A stretch of DNA of 63,799 nt, the filler included, from Reclinomonas americana ATCC 50394 (Eukaryota): NCBI GenBank assembly GCA_048213135.1. It is 6 parts of 4 records of this genome, joined end to end, with 100 filler letters (N's around TTAATTAATTAA, not from the genome) between each part and the next. Parts side by side here need not be neighbours in the genome. Positions count along the whole stretch, not along the records: positions 9,269 to 40,221 come from PS015142.1; positions 40,322 to 49,703 come from PS015143.1; 4 more parts are not named here. One strand, written 5' to 3'. Below are positions 27,890-40,639 of this stretch, in pieces. The notes beneath the pieces were generated by a model. The model ran no database searches. It saw only the letters and a program-made list of their open reading frames with translations, and had not been told where the DNA came from. A program made the position numbers and the translations under genes. Numbering within the stretch: the first letter of the stretch is position 1; each line of letters begins with the position of its first letter.

Positions 27890-29555
27890 ATGTCCAACGG
27901 CGCAGAGGCATTTGCAGGTTCCGTCTCTCTCTCACACTCACATCACACTCGTGCTTCAGCTGAGTAACTCCTCCCTGCACGCACGTGTCACAGGATGCAC
28001 ACAGGCGTACCTCATCTTCAACATCCTCTTCCTCGCCACCGGTGTCGGCGGCATTGGCATCACTGTCTATCGCCTGAGACAAGACATACGCATCTTTCGG
28101 TGTGTGTGTGCGCGCGCGTGTCTCTCACAATGCACCTCTCCCTCACTCACACACGCGAGCGCAGATCGTTCCATGTCAGTGCCGATGATCGGTTCAGTCG
28201 TGTCTTATACACAGTGCTGCGTGTGTTGGTGTGCACACATCTCATTGGTGAGTGACCTGTGTGCTTGTCTCCTCCTCTTGAGTGTACACGGACCTCACGC
28301 TCTTTGTGCACAGTGGCTGCATTCTACAACGTGTTCAACAAACACTTGTGTGATCCGACCACGAACTCGATTGCATTGCATGTGCCCTTTGTTGCGTCAT
28401 TCATCATTGTCGCCTTTTTCCGTCATGAAAAGAGCACCGACAATGTGCGCGTTAGGTGGTGATCTATGTCACTGTCAACCTCACCGGCCTCTTGCTCATG
28501 CTGCTGTGGTGCGGTGTTTGTCGTTCGTTTGTTGTTCTGCCTGCTTGTATGATGATCATGACGATGATCGTGTTCCGGTTGCCATGCGCGGTTTCTTCTT
28601 CTTCTTCTTCCAGGTTGCGACTGCTGTTCCGCGCTGCTGCGTTTTCGGTCGTGAGCTATGTGATCGCGCTGCTGCTTGTGAGTGGAGTGGTGATTGGAGA
28701 CAGTTGCGTTGCTTCCGACGACGACGATGACGAGTGCTTGCATTCATTCACTCCCACACGCAGTCGTCAGCTGCATGGTGCAAATGACGACGATGAAGAC
28801 CACCGACATTAAGATCTACTTTGCTTTTGTATTGGTGCGCTGCTGCTTCGTCCGTGCCTCTTGTTCTTGTCTCCACCGACTGACTGGATGGCGATCCGAC
28901 AGCTCACCATCGCCTGCAATCTCGTCATCACGTGGTGCATGCTGTTCGTGTTGATGCGCTCGTCGAACCAGCAAAGGATGAAAGAGGGCGGAGGGCCCTT
29001 GCGGAAGCGAGCACGACGATCGTTGTTGAAGGCACGTGACTGGGCGCTTTTTTGCTTCCAGTCACGAAGAATATTAATCTTGCGTGTAGGTCATGTTCCT
29101 CGCCGCCGGCTACACGGGCTACTGCATTCCTGTGGCTGTCGGTGCCGGTCTTCTGGCGTTCAACCTGCAGAATTTCCTCGAGTACTGGGACATGGTGTAT
29201 TTCGTCGTGCAGGTTGGGTGACCTCGGTCCGACGCCCGCACCGCTTCACTCCATCGCACTCAACACGCTTGTGCAGGTCATGGATCTCCTCCCTTGCGCG
29301 GGCATTCTGCTCTTCCTGTATGTGGATCCGCGCTTCTCCAAGTACTCGCGAAAACAAGAGGTTTTTTTGAGCCGCACCCGTTCTCTCTCTTCTCCTTCGC
29401 AATCCCTCACTCAACTGGCACAGATCCCACTCGACGAAATGACCGCGGACACGACGACCTCCACCACCACCAGCAGCGTCGTATCGCGAAGTAGTGACGA
29501 CCGCGCATTACTACCGGTCGAGGACTCCACGGCACCATACAGAAAATACCCTTGA
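27890..29555 (+). CDS. Multi-pass (about 7 TM) membrane protein, GPCR-like
   Basis: Many short exons encoding hydrophobic helices (AYLIFNILFLATGVGGIGITVY; VVIYVTVNLTGLLLMLLW; LTIACNLVITWCMLFVLM; VMDLLPCAGILLFLY) and a Ser/Thr-rich C-tail. Confidence 0.55.
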
Positions 29556-29603
29556 AAAAGAAATAACAACAACAACAACAACAATAACTGCACGTGCATT
29601 ACA

Positions 29604-32400
29604 TTACTTGGCGGCGGCTGACATCGAGTGTGTCGGTGAGTGTGCCGCCGGTTGCGGCTCCATGAACATGTCAGTGCACGGCTTTCCCGTCTGCTGCTCC
29701 AACACCGCCTGCGCCATGTAAATAATCAGCTCGCTCTCCGTGGCCAGCAGCTGCGGTGGTTGTCAAAGTGAGTGAGGCAGCAAACAGAAGGAATGTCGAC
29801 TGCAGCACAGAGCATGGATACCTGCAATCGTGGCCGCTTTGGCAACTCTGCCAGCATGATATTCTTTCGACCGAGCTTGACGCCGATTGTCTGACACGGA
29901 TATCGTCAGCACACGATAAAAACAATCTCGAGCATCTTTCTTCCTCCCTCCTCCTCCTCCACCACCACGCAACGACACTGGCGAATTGCGCCGCCCGGCT
30001 GAGCACCTTGGTGCGCACAGAGGACCACGCCGATTCGGCAACCGTCCGCTTGTAGGCGCGCGTTTGCAAACGGTAGCGGCGTCGGCGGGAGCGCCATGCC
30101 AGATCAATGACGCGGTTGCGGATGGACTCTTCCAACACAAAGTCCGAGTCCGCATACGCATCGACCAGCACGCTCATGGCCTCTTCCTGGGGAGTGAGCG
30201 GAGGCGGCAGAGGTTCTGCGGCATGCAGCTCGGCCACCAGTTGCGCGTGTGTCATGGACATCATCGACGTGAAGGAGCCCTGCACCGCGCACAGAGTGAG
30301 GCGATGAGACGAACGGTGGAGAAATTGATGCGTGCACTGACCATGTTGCGCCGATTGCGCCTCGCCGCACTGGCTGCGATTCGCGCCTGTGCCTCGGCCT
30401 CTCGTCGCTGCTTCATGCGGCGACGGCGTTCGTCGGGCGCCCACCGACGCAGCTCCTCCTCCTTGCGCTGCCACTGTTGGATGAATGTGCGCTTGCGCGC
30501 CCGCACTCGCTCCAGCAAATGCCGCACGACGTCTTGCGCCAAGCGCACTGCGAAGGGCGGCAGAAGAATTGAGATGAGATGGTTGCCTCGTTGTTCGTGT
30601 GCACCCGTCGCACGCACCTCGTCGGTGGAAAATGGTGAGATAGTCGAAGCAGCGAGTGATGGAGCGGCTCTTGGAGAGCATGGATCGCAGAATCGCGCAG
30701 GCACGACGCTTGCGGTGAATGCGCTTGCCCATGCGGTAGCGCCAGAAGCTTTTTTCCCATAAATGGGCGATGAGAGGCATGGACATGGAAAGGAAGAAGC
30801 ACGTACGAGTAAAACACGCAACTTGCGAGCGATAACATTGGCAGCTCGTCGTCGGCGAACACGTACTCGCAGGTGCACCATGGGATACACGCGACGCTGT
30901 AGCGTGCACACGGCGCGCTCAAACTTCTCAATCTCCGCTCGCCGAATACGAGTGGCCTCCAGAACCATAGTCCAGTACGACATGCGCGAAAAGCAGGAAA
31001 CAACACTCAGCCACCATCGGCATCGTTGTCGATGTTCCTGTGGCGCGGTGCGCACGTGCGAATGAGTGGACGACACGCTTCACGAGAACAACACACACAT
31101 GCACAGACCTCCTCCCGCTCCAAGCGCTTGCGAATTTCCTCTGCCTGCTGTGCTTTACGCTCCACGTCTTGCCGAGTGCGCTCCTGCTGCTCCTCAAACT
31201 CCCTGCGCAACAGCTCCTGCCGCTCGGCCACCATGCGGAGCTGTTCGATTGGCGAGCGCACCATCGGTCGCCGAATCCTCTCGTAACGCACCGCCGGCTC
31301 CACGACCTCAAGCATGCTCTTTGGGGAGGCGAGCAGCTCTGGCGGCGGTGACGGGGACGGAGAGCGTGATCGAGGCGACCGGTGTGATTTCGGACTGGTC
31401 ACCTCCAGGTGGAGCAGACGCTGCACGTTTTGGAGCCACAGCTGCGTGCGTGTGCGTGTGCGTGGCAAGTCAGACCAACGAAAGCAAAGTGTTCATAGTC
31501 AAATTCACAGACCTTATGCTCCTGCAAGCGAGTGCGCGAGGCGTCTTGCCGCATCCTAATCTCCTCTGTCGAATTGCGCTCAAGTTGCTCCGCATAATCA
31601 ATGAGCTGCGCGGCGGCCTCCGGGTTGCGCAGACACAACTCAATACGCTTCCGCACACGATCCTGTGTCCGCGTGTGTGAGTCAGAATGCTGGGGGGTGA
31701 GACGCTGGATCAGGAAAAAAGTCACCTCCAGCGTGTCCGGTCGCTCCCGCGGCGATGACACTCGCCGACGACTCTTGCGCCCGTCTTTCACCGCCACACC
31801 GACACTCGGCATCGACAGCGCAGGCATGGAGCTGCGTCGGTGTGTCGACGACAACGACTCACCCTCTGCGCCCGGCTGCCTGTACACTGCGTGTCCGGCC
31901 AGCAGAGATGGCGCCGACGACGACGACGACGAAGAGGAGGCAGGCGACGTGCGAATGTACGCCGCCAGCTGCCTCTGCCTCTCGTCTACCTCTTCCTGCT
32001 TGCGCTGCTGCATGGCGGCCATCTGTGCACGCAGTCGCGCCACCAGCGGAGAAACGTGCTGCCCGTTCTCTGTGTGTGCGCCAAGAGCGAACTGAACACA
32101 CAAGAGCAGGCAAGAGAGAAGGAGAGCGCGCGCACACACACACACGCAACCTGCTTGTTGCGAAAAGTCCATGGGCTTCAGGCGCACCAGATCACGCACA
32201 CGCAGTGGATCGGGAGTCACACGGGATTCCGCGCTCTCTGTTTTGCTGATGAGAAGGAAGAATACGGGCATTCACAAAGAGAGAGACACACACCACAGAG
32301 CAGGCGATGCATCTCATCAAACGCCGTCTTGCTCTGCTCGCGCGTGCGCAGGCCCAACACCTGCTTGTTGGTGGCAGTGGCGCGAAGAGCCGCCTGAGAG
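29604..32400 (-). CDS. Uncharacterised coiled-coil protein with IQ-like segments
   Basis: Exons such as ERQELLRREFEEQQERTRQDVERKAQQAEEIRKRLEREE and AVCTLQRRVYPMVHLRVRVRRRRAANVIA flanked by GT-AG introns; start uncertain. Confidence 0.5.
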
Positions 32401-32639
32401 AGAGAGAGAGCACAAAACCGAGTGAATGCATGTTCGCGTGCACAAGAGCTTACACACTCAGACACGCAACTCGTTTCACAGAGAGCGCGGGCTCTGAGGG
32501 CGACGATCGCCCACTCATTCTCTCTCTCTCTCTCTCTCTCTCCCTCTGTCTGAAGTTTGAGATACTTGATGATGATGGGCGGTGGTGACACGTGTGTACG
32601 CGCTTGTCAACGCCGTCCATCGACAGTTTGGAACGTTGC

Positions 32640-35600
32640 ATGACCGCCAATCAGACGGCCAAGGCCTTTGAGGAGGAACATCGGAAGCTATTGTTGCGCA
32701 TCGCAGGCTCACACGCACACACACAAGACAACTGATGATGAGTCACTCACGCACACACACAATCAATCGTCGCAGGATCGAGAAGAACAGCTTTCTGAGG
32801 AAACTCCATGCCGCGAGATCAGTGGATGAGGTCTGTGTGTTTGCCTCTCGTGCGTGGCCTGTGTGCTCACCCACTTCTCAGTTGCGCAATGTGATGGGTC
32901 TGACGCCCGATGGGCGACGGCGAGTGGAGAAGAAGCAAAAGTTGCGATCGACCACGACCTCGTCGTTGCCGTCGGCCATGGGTTCGCCGGGAATGATGGG
33001 CACGCCTGGTGGTGCGGCGGGTGCAGGTGGGAGTGGGGTGGCAGGCGATGCGCCGGGGAGTGGTGGGGCGGGTGGTGGATCGGCGGAGGGTGGTGGCGCA
33101 GGTGGTGAGGGCGCTGGATCGCCGACTGCAGGTATGAGAGAGAGAGCGCACGAGAGGATCGTTCTTCTTTGCTGCAGTCAATTGGTGGCTAAAGATGAGC
33201 GTGTGATAGGTGGTTCGCCCAGTGCGGGCGTCGTGTTGCCACAGTTGGAGAAGCCGACTCGTCGACGCCTGTTTGCGGATGCTAACGTTGCGTGTGCTGG
33301 CGAGGATGATATCTGTGTGGGAGTCTCATGTGGACTTGGATGTATAGGCGACTGGTGGCGGTGGTGCTGCTGCTGGTGGTGGTCGCGGTGCAACACTGCC
33401 CAGTGCGACTCCATCTGGTCGCCTCGGTGCCGTTGGTGGTGGCGCCCGGCTGCGTGGTGTGCAGAGCAATGCACTGGAGCCCAACGTCATGTCGCAGCTG
33501 CTGAAGGACGCGGCGCGGTTCGGCGACTATGCACACATCCCTGTCACGCTGCTCAACGACGGTGTCGAGATTGCCAGTTGCGTGACCGATCGCTTCGGTG
33601 CCCCAAGTTGCCCTGCGACTCACACATGCGTTTCCGCGCAGAGTACGAAGTGTCACAAATCATTCACGTGCGTCGCTGTGCATGTGCTCCCCACTGCCGC
33701 TGCCATGCTGACTCTTCTCCGCGCAGCGCACTGTGCGAGCGCTCCCCGACCTCGGCACACCGATGCTGATCGAGTCATGTCACTTGCTCGGTCCGCAGCA
33801 GACTCGTGAACGGACCGATGCGCTCGCACGCACTCACTCCGACATTCGCGACGACCCGTTTGCTTATGCCTGGCAAATGCTTCGTCGATTGTGGTCGGAG
33901 ATCGGCATCCGTGACTCGTACTTTCACGCCTTCACCAAGGAGCACTACACGAGTGTGCGCCCGTCGATGGAGCACTGCCGAGCGGTGGCGGAGGAGGTAC
34001 ACTTCTATGTGGCTTGTTTGCAGTGATTTTCCCACTCGACAGCTGACCCAGAAGGGAAACACAGTTGGATCGCTGTCTCAACACGCGCCACCTCCTCTCG
34101 AAGGTGTCGCAGTGCATCAATCATCGCGAGTCGTTCTTTGCTTCCATCGTCGTTGCGTTCCGCACGTAGCCTTTGCGCCTGCGCCACGCTCCTCTTTGTC
34201 TCACGCGTTGATGTTGACAGCAAATCGCCGAGTCGGTCAAGTTCCTGACCCAAGAGTTGCGCCTCACGAGCTCACGGTGTTTTTTCAATAGTCGCTGACT
34301 GCTGACTGTTGGATTGATTGCACAGCGAGTTGCTCATGGACATCAACGACAAGCGCACCGAAGTTCGTCGGCTGGTCACCGCTCTGCGTACAGCCACCGT
34401 GTACGTGGTGGAGGCGTACCAAGCGTTGCAGGTGTGCATCGCGTTGTTTGACAGAGACAGGGTGTGGACACGGTAATTTACCTGCGTTCGTGTTTTGCAG
34501 ACGTACACTGCCAACCAAAAGTCTGCGTTTGCCACTGGTTCCGAATTCGAGTGGAAGCAACGCACCTACATGCAAAAGATCATGCACGACGTGGCCATTA
34601 TCGGCACGCTACCGATTCGTGTCTTTTGCCCCGAGGTCAGGCGTTTCGCAGTGTCTGGTTCCGATGGCCATTTCCGCTCACTGTCTATCGCAACACAGAT
34701 TGCATTCTCCATGCAGAATCCGCTGATGCTGCCGCGTCAGGCCAAGATGCTCGTCGACTGGTATATTCGAGCCCCTGCGGTAAGTCGCTGCGGCACGCGA
34801 CCTCTGCTATTTCCTCCATGCTCATCCCTGCTCCTGCGCTTCTCTGCATGCAGACTCAATTTTCCATTGCGCAAGAGAGGTACTTTCGTGCTCCTCGTCT
34901 GCTTATCCTCCGCGCATCACTCACCCCCGCCCTGCCCTTGCAGCGCGTCGCGATCCCCGACTGCGCACTCGACCACACGACCAGCACTTGTGAGCCGTTC
35001 GTCGCATTCGGCGAGTGGTACATCGTCGGCCGGGCCGTCGCGAGAGCTGCCGGTAAGTGCATGGCCATTCGCGCCGCTATCAGTGTTGGTTTCGCTCACC
35101 TTGTTTATCTTGCCTGCTCACAGCTGATTGACGAATCACTGACGGAGCTGTTTGCCACCACAACGTCACAACCGGAGTTGCCAGAGAGCTTGCCGACATC
35201 GCTGGGAGCCAGTGAACAACTGGAGTGGCTGATGGCGGTGTTCTTGGAGAGCCCGACCAAGAAGCACGCCAATTCACCGCAGGGCTCATCGCCTGCACCC
35301 ACACAGCAGGTGCAGTCGCCCATCATGTCAGCTGCCAGGTGCGTCCAGTCAACCAGTGTGTGTGCTTCTCGTCGCACATCCTGAACATCACCGAAAACAG
35401 TCGATCGGAACCTCGATTCGTGGGCACGACGATGCTTGACACCACTGCCCCGCTCCCCTCGGTGAACATGTCGACCATGATGCTGGAAGGTGGGCCGTCG
35501 ACGCCGGGCCAGTTGCCGCCTGTGACCCCGCAGAAGCGAATGGGCAGCAGCAAGTCGTCGGATCGACCGCCCAGCCGGGGTGCCAGTCGCAGTCGACCGA

Positions 35601-38342
35601 GGAGTCGCGGTGGTGCAGATGTGTCGGCTCGCAGCGGTCACGACAGCACCTTTGGCGGGGATATGTCTCTGGCGGACATGTCTTTCCCCACTGCCACTCC
35701 GCCGCCCACGGCCGCCTCGCGGTCCAGCGAGGCCGCCGACAACGTCCGGTGTGTGTGAGAAATGCTGTCATTCCGTGTGAGTTGTCTTGCCTCTGACTGA
35801 TGTGCAGGGCGAGCATGCGACTGCGTTCACAGCGCGCCGCCGACAAGTTCTCCATGTTGGCTCGCTTCCACAAGACGTTTCCCATGCAGTCGCTCATGTT
35901 TTCCGAGAGGTGCGTCGCAGCGAGTTGTCTACGTGCGCAACAATGAGCCGACTGACCTTGTGTTTGTGCAGGTACTTTTTGTCGCAAGTGGACGAACGAG
36001 CACAGGTGGTGGCCGCTGAGGAGCAGGGTGGACTGCGTGAGAAGCTCATGATCCGGCAGCGCCGCAAGTCACGACCCGACAACCCTGTGGCCACCACACA
36101 GCCCCTCGGCATGCGCAACACGGGCGCCGTCACCGAAGTCACCGCCGGTGAGTTGCAGACGCCCTTGTCATTGTTTCACCCCCCACTCTCTGTCTCTCTC
36201 ACGCATCCTGGTGGCGTAGCGGATCACGAAGAGGCGGCGGCCAATGTTGCTGGCACATACATCAACGACGAGATGAAGTCCAAGATCCGTCGCTGGTATC
36301 GCGAAGTGTCGGTGCCTGATCCGGCCGACATGGTGAACGAGCCAGAACCCGTCCCCACCGACATTGACCAGGCGGAGATTGCCGCCGACACCATGGTGGC
36401 GCGTATGTGGAGCGTGCATCGCAAGCGGTTCAAGGTCAGCAGTCGCACCAGTTTATTCTTTCGTCTCCACCGTGTCTCATATTGATGGCCGACGTGCAGG
36501 GCATCAAAACCGTCCGTGTCAACTTCTTGNNNNNNNNNNNNNNNNNNNNNNNNNNNNNNNNNNNNNNNNNNNNNNNNNNNNNNNNNNNNNNNNNNNNNNN
36601 NNNNNNNNNNNNNNNNNNNNNNNNNNNNNNNNNNNNNNNNNNNNNNNNNNNNNNNNNNNNNNNNNNNNNNNNNNNNNNNNNNNNNNNNNNNNNNNNNNNN
36701 NNNNNNNNNNNNNNNNNNNNNNNNNNNNNNNNNNCACGTGCACAACGTGGAGGTTCCGGCGGCGGCGGCCGAGGAGCTGCAAGCGCGTGGCTTGTATCGC
36801 ATCTATTTTTCCTTTGCCGACGCACCGCAACAGACGCAGCCGCAGTCGCAAGCCGTTCTCGACTGGCTGCACAAGCGGCAGGATGCGTCGCCGTCGTCCT
36901 CAACGTGGTTCGATCGCATCAAGTTGCGTGCCAATGACGATGACCTCCCGAGTCGTTGCCACTCACTCCCCTACCCCGCCCCAGAAATCGTGCCATGTCG
37001 TCCACTCGTCGCTCCGATTCAACAGACTCATCTGACGATTCACCGCGTGCGCCCAAGCTGACGGCGCCTGGCAAGCGTCGCGGACGCCACTCGCATGTTG
37101 CAGCGTCGGCCGACAGCATGCCGCCTAATCCACTAAACAAGTCGCAGTCCAGCGTGACGCCAAATCCGCTGGACAAGACGCAAGGCAGTGTCGACGTGGC
37201 CGTGGCCATGCCGCAAGCGGATACCGTGGTGCGCGACACGCCCGCCGACACGGACGCCACCACTCGAAAGCTGCGAACGGAACATGAAGGTGAGGGTGGT
37301 GACGGTTGTTTGAATAGTCGCTCCTCCTCGTCGCTCACTTGCACTCTCCCCCAAAACAGCGCTGGCAAGACATCTGGGCTTGCGCCAGCCGGGCATGCGC
37401 GACAAGACAGTTTTGCGCCGACGCCTCCCGCGTGCTCACGATGTCGGTCCACCAGTAATACATCGACTCGTGCGCTCCTCACACCGGCGCGGTTCCTCGG
37501 TGGACTTGGAGCCGCTGTTTCCTGGATTCGTGGTGCTCGGCAAGAACGGTGGTGGTGATTCGGGGCAGTCCGAGTTCGGCGGCGACGACATCGAGGAGGA
37601 GGGCTACGTGGGTGACGCCGACGATGTGACACTCGATCCGCTGTCGTCGTTCGACGGCGAGCTGCAGCCGGTCGACCCACTGCAGTCGTCGTCCACGACT
37701 CTCGCGGCACCGAGTCAGTCGACCCGCGCGCGACGTGGCAGTGGTATGGTGGCCTTCTCGGCTCCCGTATCGCCGCGACACTACGAGACCGCCTTGTCGC
37801 CTGCATCGCCGCTCGATCCAGCCACACGGCGACACAGACTCTTCTCGCTGGGCGGTGGCCGCCCTCTGCCGCTGACGCTCGACGGCATGGAGGATGCCTC
37901 GCCGATTCCGCGACCCAAGAGTCGCGCATCGTCGTCGTCCTCCTCTTTCGTGCAACGCGCCAAAAACATGGACATGTGGTCGTCGTCAATGATGCCGGCC
38001 GAGGACGAGTTGCGCCGTCTGGCCGCCGGTGGTGGTGGCGACGCCAGTGGCGTCTCCGGCGCAGTGTCATCCCCAGCGCACTTTGGCATCGGCGGCGGTG
38101 GGGCGGTGGTGCAGCGATACTCGCCCCGCGCACAACAGACGTCGATGGGTGACCTGTCTTCGGGGCACGCCACGCCCTCCGCCTTTCACGGACAGCGTCG
38201 ACGCTCGATCATCATGTCGCCCACGGCGCGTGTCTACTCCAACATGATGGGTCCCGGTGGTCGCATGCAGTCGACACTCTCCGAGGCCGAGAAGCGGCGG
38301 CTGGCCGACGTGCAGAAACTCGTCTTCTCCACTGCCATATAA
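32640..38342 (+). CDS. Large uncharacterised multi-exon protein (possibly two genes); helical region weakly reminiscent of MAP65/ASE1/CCDC87, long disordered C-terminus
   Basis: Exons LRRLWSEIGIRDSYFHAF...LRTATVYVVEAYQALQ...FEWKQRTYMQKIMHD; Ser/Pro-rich last exon ending TAA at 38342. Confidence 0.45.
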
Positions 38343-38528
38343 AGGTAGCTGCAGAATGTTCTGAAGTCGAAATTCTCATGCATTGTGTCGCAAGGTCTTG
38401 TGCGCGACCAGCAAGGGAGATGAGGCAGGGAGAGAGAGATACGAACTGCAGCAAGAAATGGAAGGCACAAGCAAGAGAAGTGTCCGACGTCGGAAAAACT
38501 CCGGGACAAGTGGCACTTTCGGTCTCTC

Positions 38529-39054
38529 ATGCGCGCGTCGGTGCTTCTCTTGCTCTTTGCGCTCCTGTGCGCTGTGCTGCTGCTTGTGCAGCACCAGGCA
38601 CACGGCAAGCGTGCTCCGGTGGAGGAGGTGGAAGAGGACGATGAGGAGGCGAGCAACGACGACGACGACTACGTGGTTGACGATGAGGTGGTGTACGTGG
38701 AGGACGATGGAGAGGCGGACGAGGAAGCCGCCAGTGACGGAGGAGAAGAAAAGGCGGCTGAGGAGGCAGAGGCGGAGGAGGAAGAAGAGGTTCATGTCGC
38801 GCACTTGTGACATGTCGTTCTTGTGTGTGTTTGCGTCTGTTGTCTCTCTTGCGCGTGCGTGTGGTGTGAGTCGCGGTGCTTGTTGTTGTGTGTGCAGTGT
38901 GTGTGTGAGAGTGAGAGAGACAGTGGTTTTCCGACTGGTGCAAATTGACTTGTCAGGGAGAGACATGTCGCACTCTTCTCTCTCTCTCTCTCCTAGTCTG
39001 CCTTGGTGCACTGCATATGTCTCTTTCCCACACGCCCGTGTTCTCTTTCCCTCT

Positions 39055-39094
<40 letters not shown>

Positions 39095-40221
39095 TCGACA
39101 TCGGGTTTGGTTTCCCATTGTTTTCCCGCGCGCGCGTAAATCGGAGTCCTGATGAGTGTTTTATGCAGGCTGCTCCCACTGCTGCTGCTGCTGCTGCTGC
39201 TGAGGAGGAGGAGGAAGAGGCGGCGAGTGGCAGCGACGATGCTGCTGGCTTTGGCGACAAGGCCGTCATTGAGCTCACCGGCGCGACTCTGGCCGAGGAG
39301 ATTGGCAAGTACGAGCTGGCCGTGGTCGAGTTCTACGCCCCCTGTTGCGTTTGTGTGCTTGCCTTGCTTTGATGGTTGTCCTCCTCCTCCGCTGCCTCTT
39401 GTGCTGAAGAGCCGTGTTGGTGATAGGGTGCGGTCACTGCCGTCAATTGGCGCCCGAGTTCAACAAGGTCGCCGAGAAGTTCAACGTGCCCGGCTCCAAG
39501 GTGCTGATCGCCAAGGTCGATGCCACCAAGGAGGGCAACACGAAGATCAGTTGAGTGCACGTGCCTTTCCGTCTTTCCCTCTCTCTTTCTGCTCTTCCTG
39601 CGCTTACGATGGTTGCAGCCGAGGAGCAGAACGTGCAGGGCTTCCCCACCATCAAGGTGTTCCGCAACGGTTTGTTCCCTCCCGCGACACTGTGTCTGCC
39701 CTTTATTTCTTGCGATGTTATTCACGCCCACGAGCAGGTGCCGTCGACAAGGCTCGCGAGTACCAGGGCAGCCGCTCGGTGAGCGAGTGTTGTTGTTGCA
39801 CGATGATGTGACAAGGCGCTGACTCTGTCTTGGGTGGCAGTCGGAGGACATTGTCAGCTACGTGGAGAACTCGGTGGGCCCGCTGCTCAAGGAGCTGAAG
39901 ACCGCCGACGACGTCGAGGCGTTCATCAACGAGGCCAAGTTGCGGAGAAATCGCCGACCCTCTTGCTCTCTCTCTCTCTCTCTTCTTGCTCACCGGTCGG
40001 TGTCTTTATCCCTTGTTCTTTCCTGCAGCCAAAAGTCGGATCAGGCCGTGTCGTTTGTGGTGTTTGCCGGTGACGATGCCGAGAGCGAGAGCTTTGTGGC
40101 CAAGTTCACTGAGGCGGCCGATGCCAAGCGCGACCGCCACCGCTTCGGCATCGTCCGCAGCGCCAAGGTGGCGAAGAAGTACGACGCCAAGGAGCTGCCG
40201 GCCCTCGTTGCCTTCCGCTCG
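38529..40221 (+). CDS. Protein disulfide isomerase (signal peptide, acidic stretch, thioredoxin a domain, b domain; 3' end lost in gap)
   Basis: MRASVLLLLFALLCAVLLLV signal peptide, D/E-rich tract, spliced VEFYAPWCGHCRQLAPEF, AKVDAT, VQGFPTIKVFRNG, EYQGSR. Confidence 0.92.
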
Positions 40222-40322
40222 NNNNNNNNNNNNNNNNNNNNNNNNNNNNNNNNNNNNNNNNNNNNTTAATTAATTAANNNNNNNNNNNNNNNNNNNNNNN
40301 NNNNNNNNNNNNNNNNNNNNNA

Positions 40323-40550
40323 TTGCGTGAATCGTGGGGTGCGTGGTGTGCACTGCGAACTCTGTTGGTGCTAATGCCATCTGACCGACCGCTTGTCTAC
40401 CCAGGCACTGTGTTCCGACCGCAGAGACTGTTGTCGGGCCTGCAGCGAGTGTGCGTGCACGTAATGAGTGCACTGCTGTTTCTACCCATCACGCTCCTCA
40501 TTGCGGTGTACGGCCTGTGTTCGTACCTGTGTTGTCGACGGTGGAGGTAA
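40323..40550 (+). CDS. 3' fragment of a gene ending in a hydrophobic helix and CCRRWR* (tail-anchor-like)
   Basis: GTGCGT...CAG intron followed by ...VMSALLFLPITLLIAVYGLCSYLCCRRWR TAA; the link to the PDI across the spacer is unknown. Confidence 0.35.
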   Translation: MRESWGAWCALRTLLVLMPSDRPLVYPGTVFRPQRLLSGLQRVCVHVMSALLFLPITLLIAVYGLCSYLCCRRWR

Positions 40551-40639
40551 TAATGAGTGTAGATATCAAGGACGTGTTTATTATCATTCAGCGCACAAGG
40601 AGAAGAATCAATTACGTTTTCATTCTGTGTACACGATTT

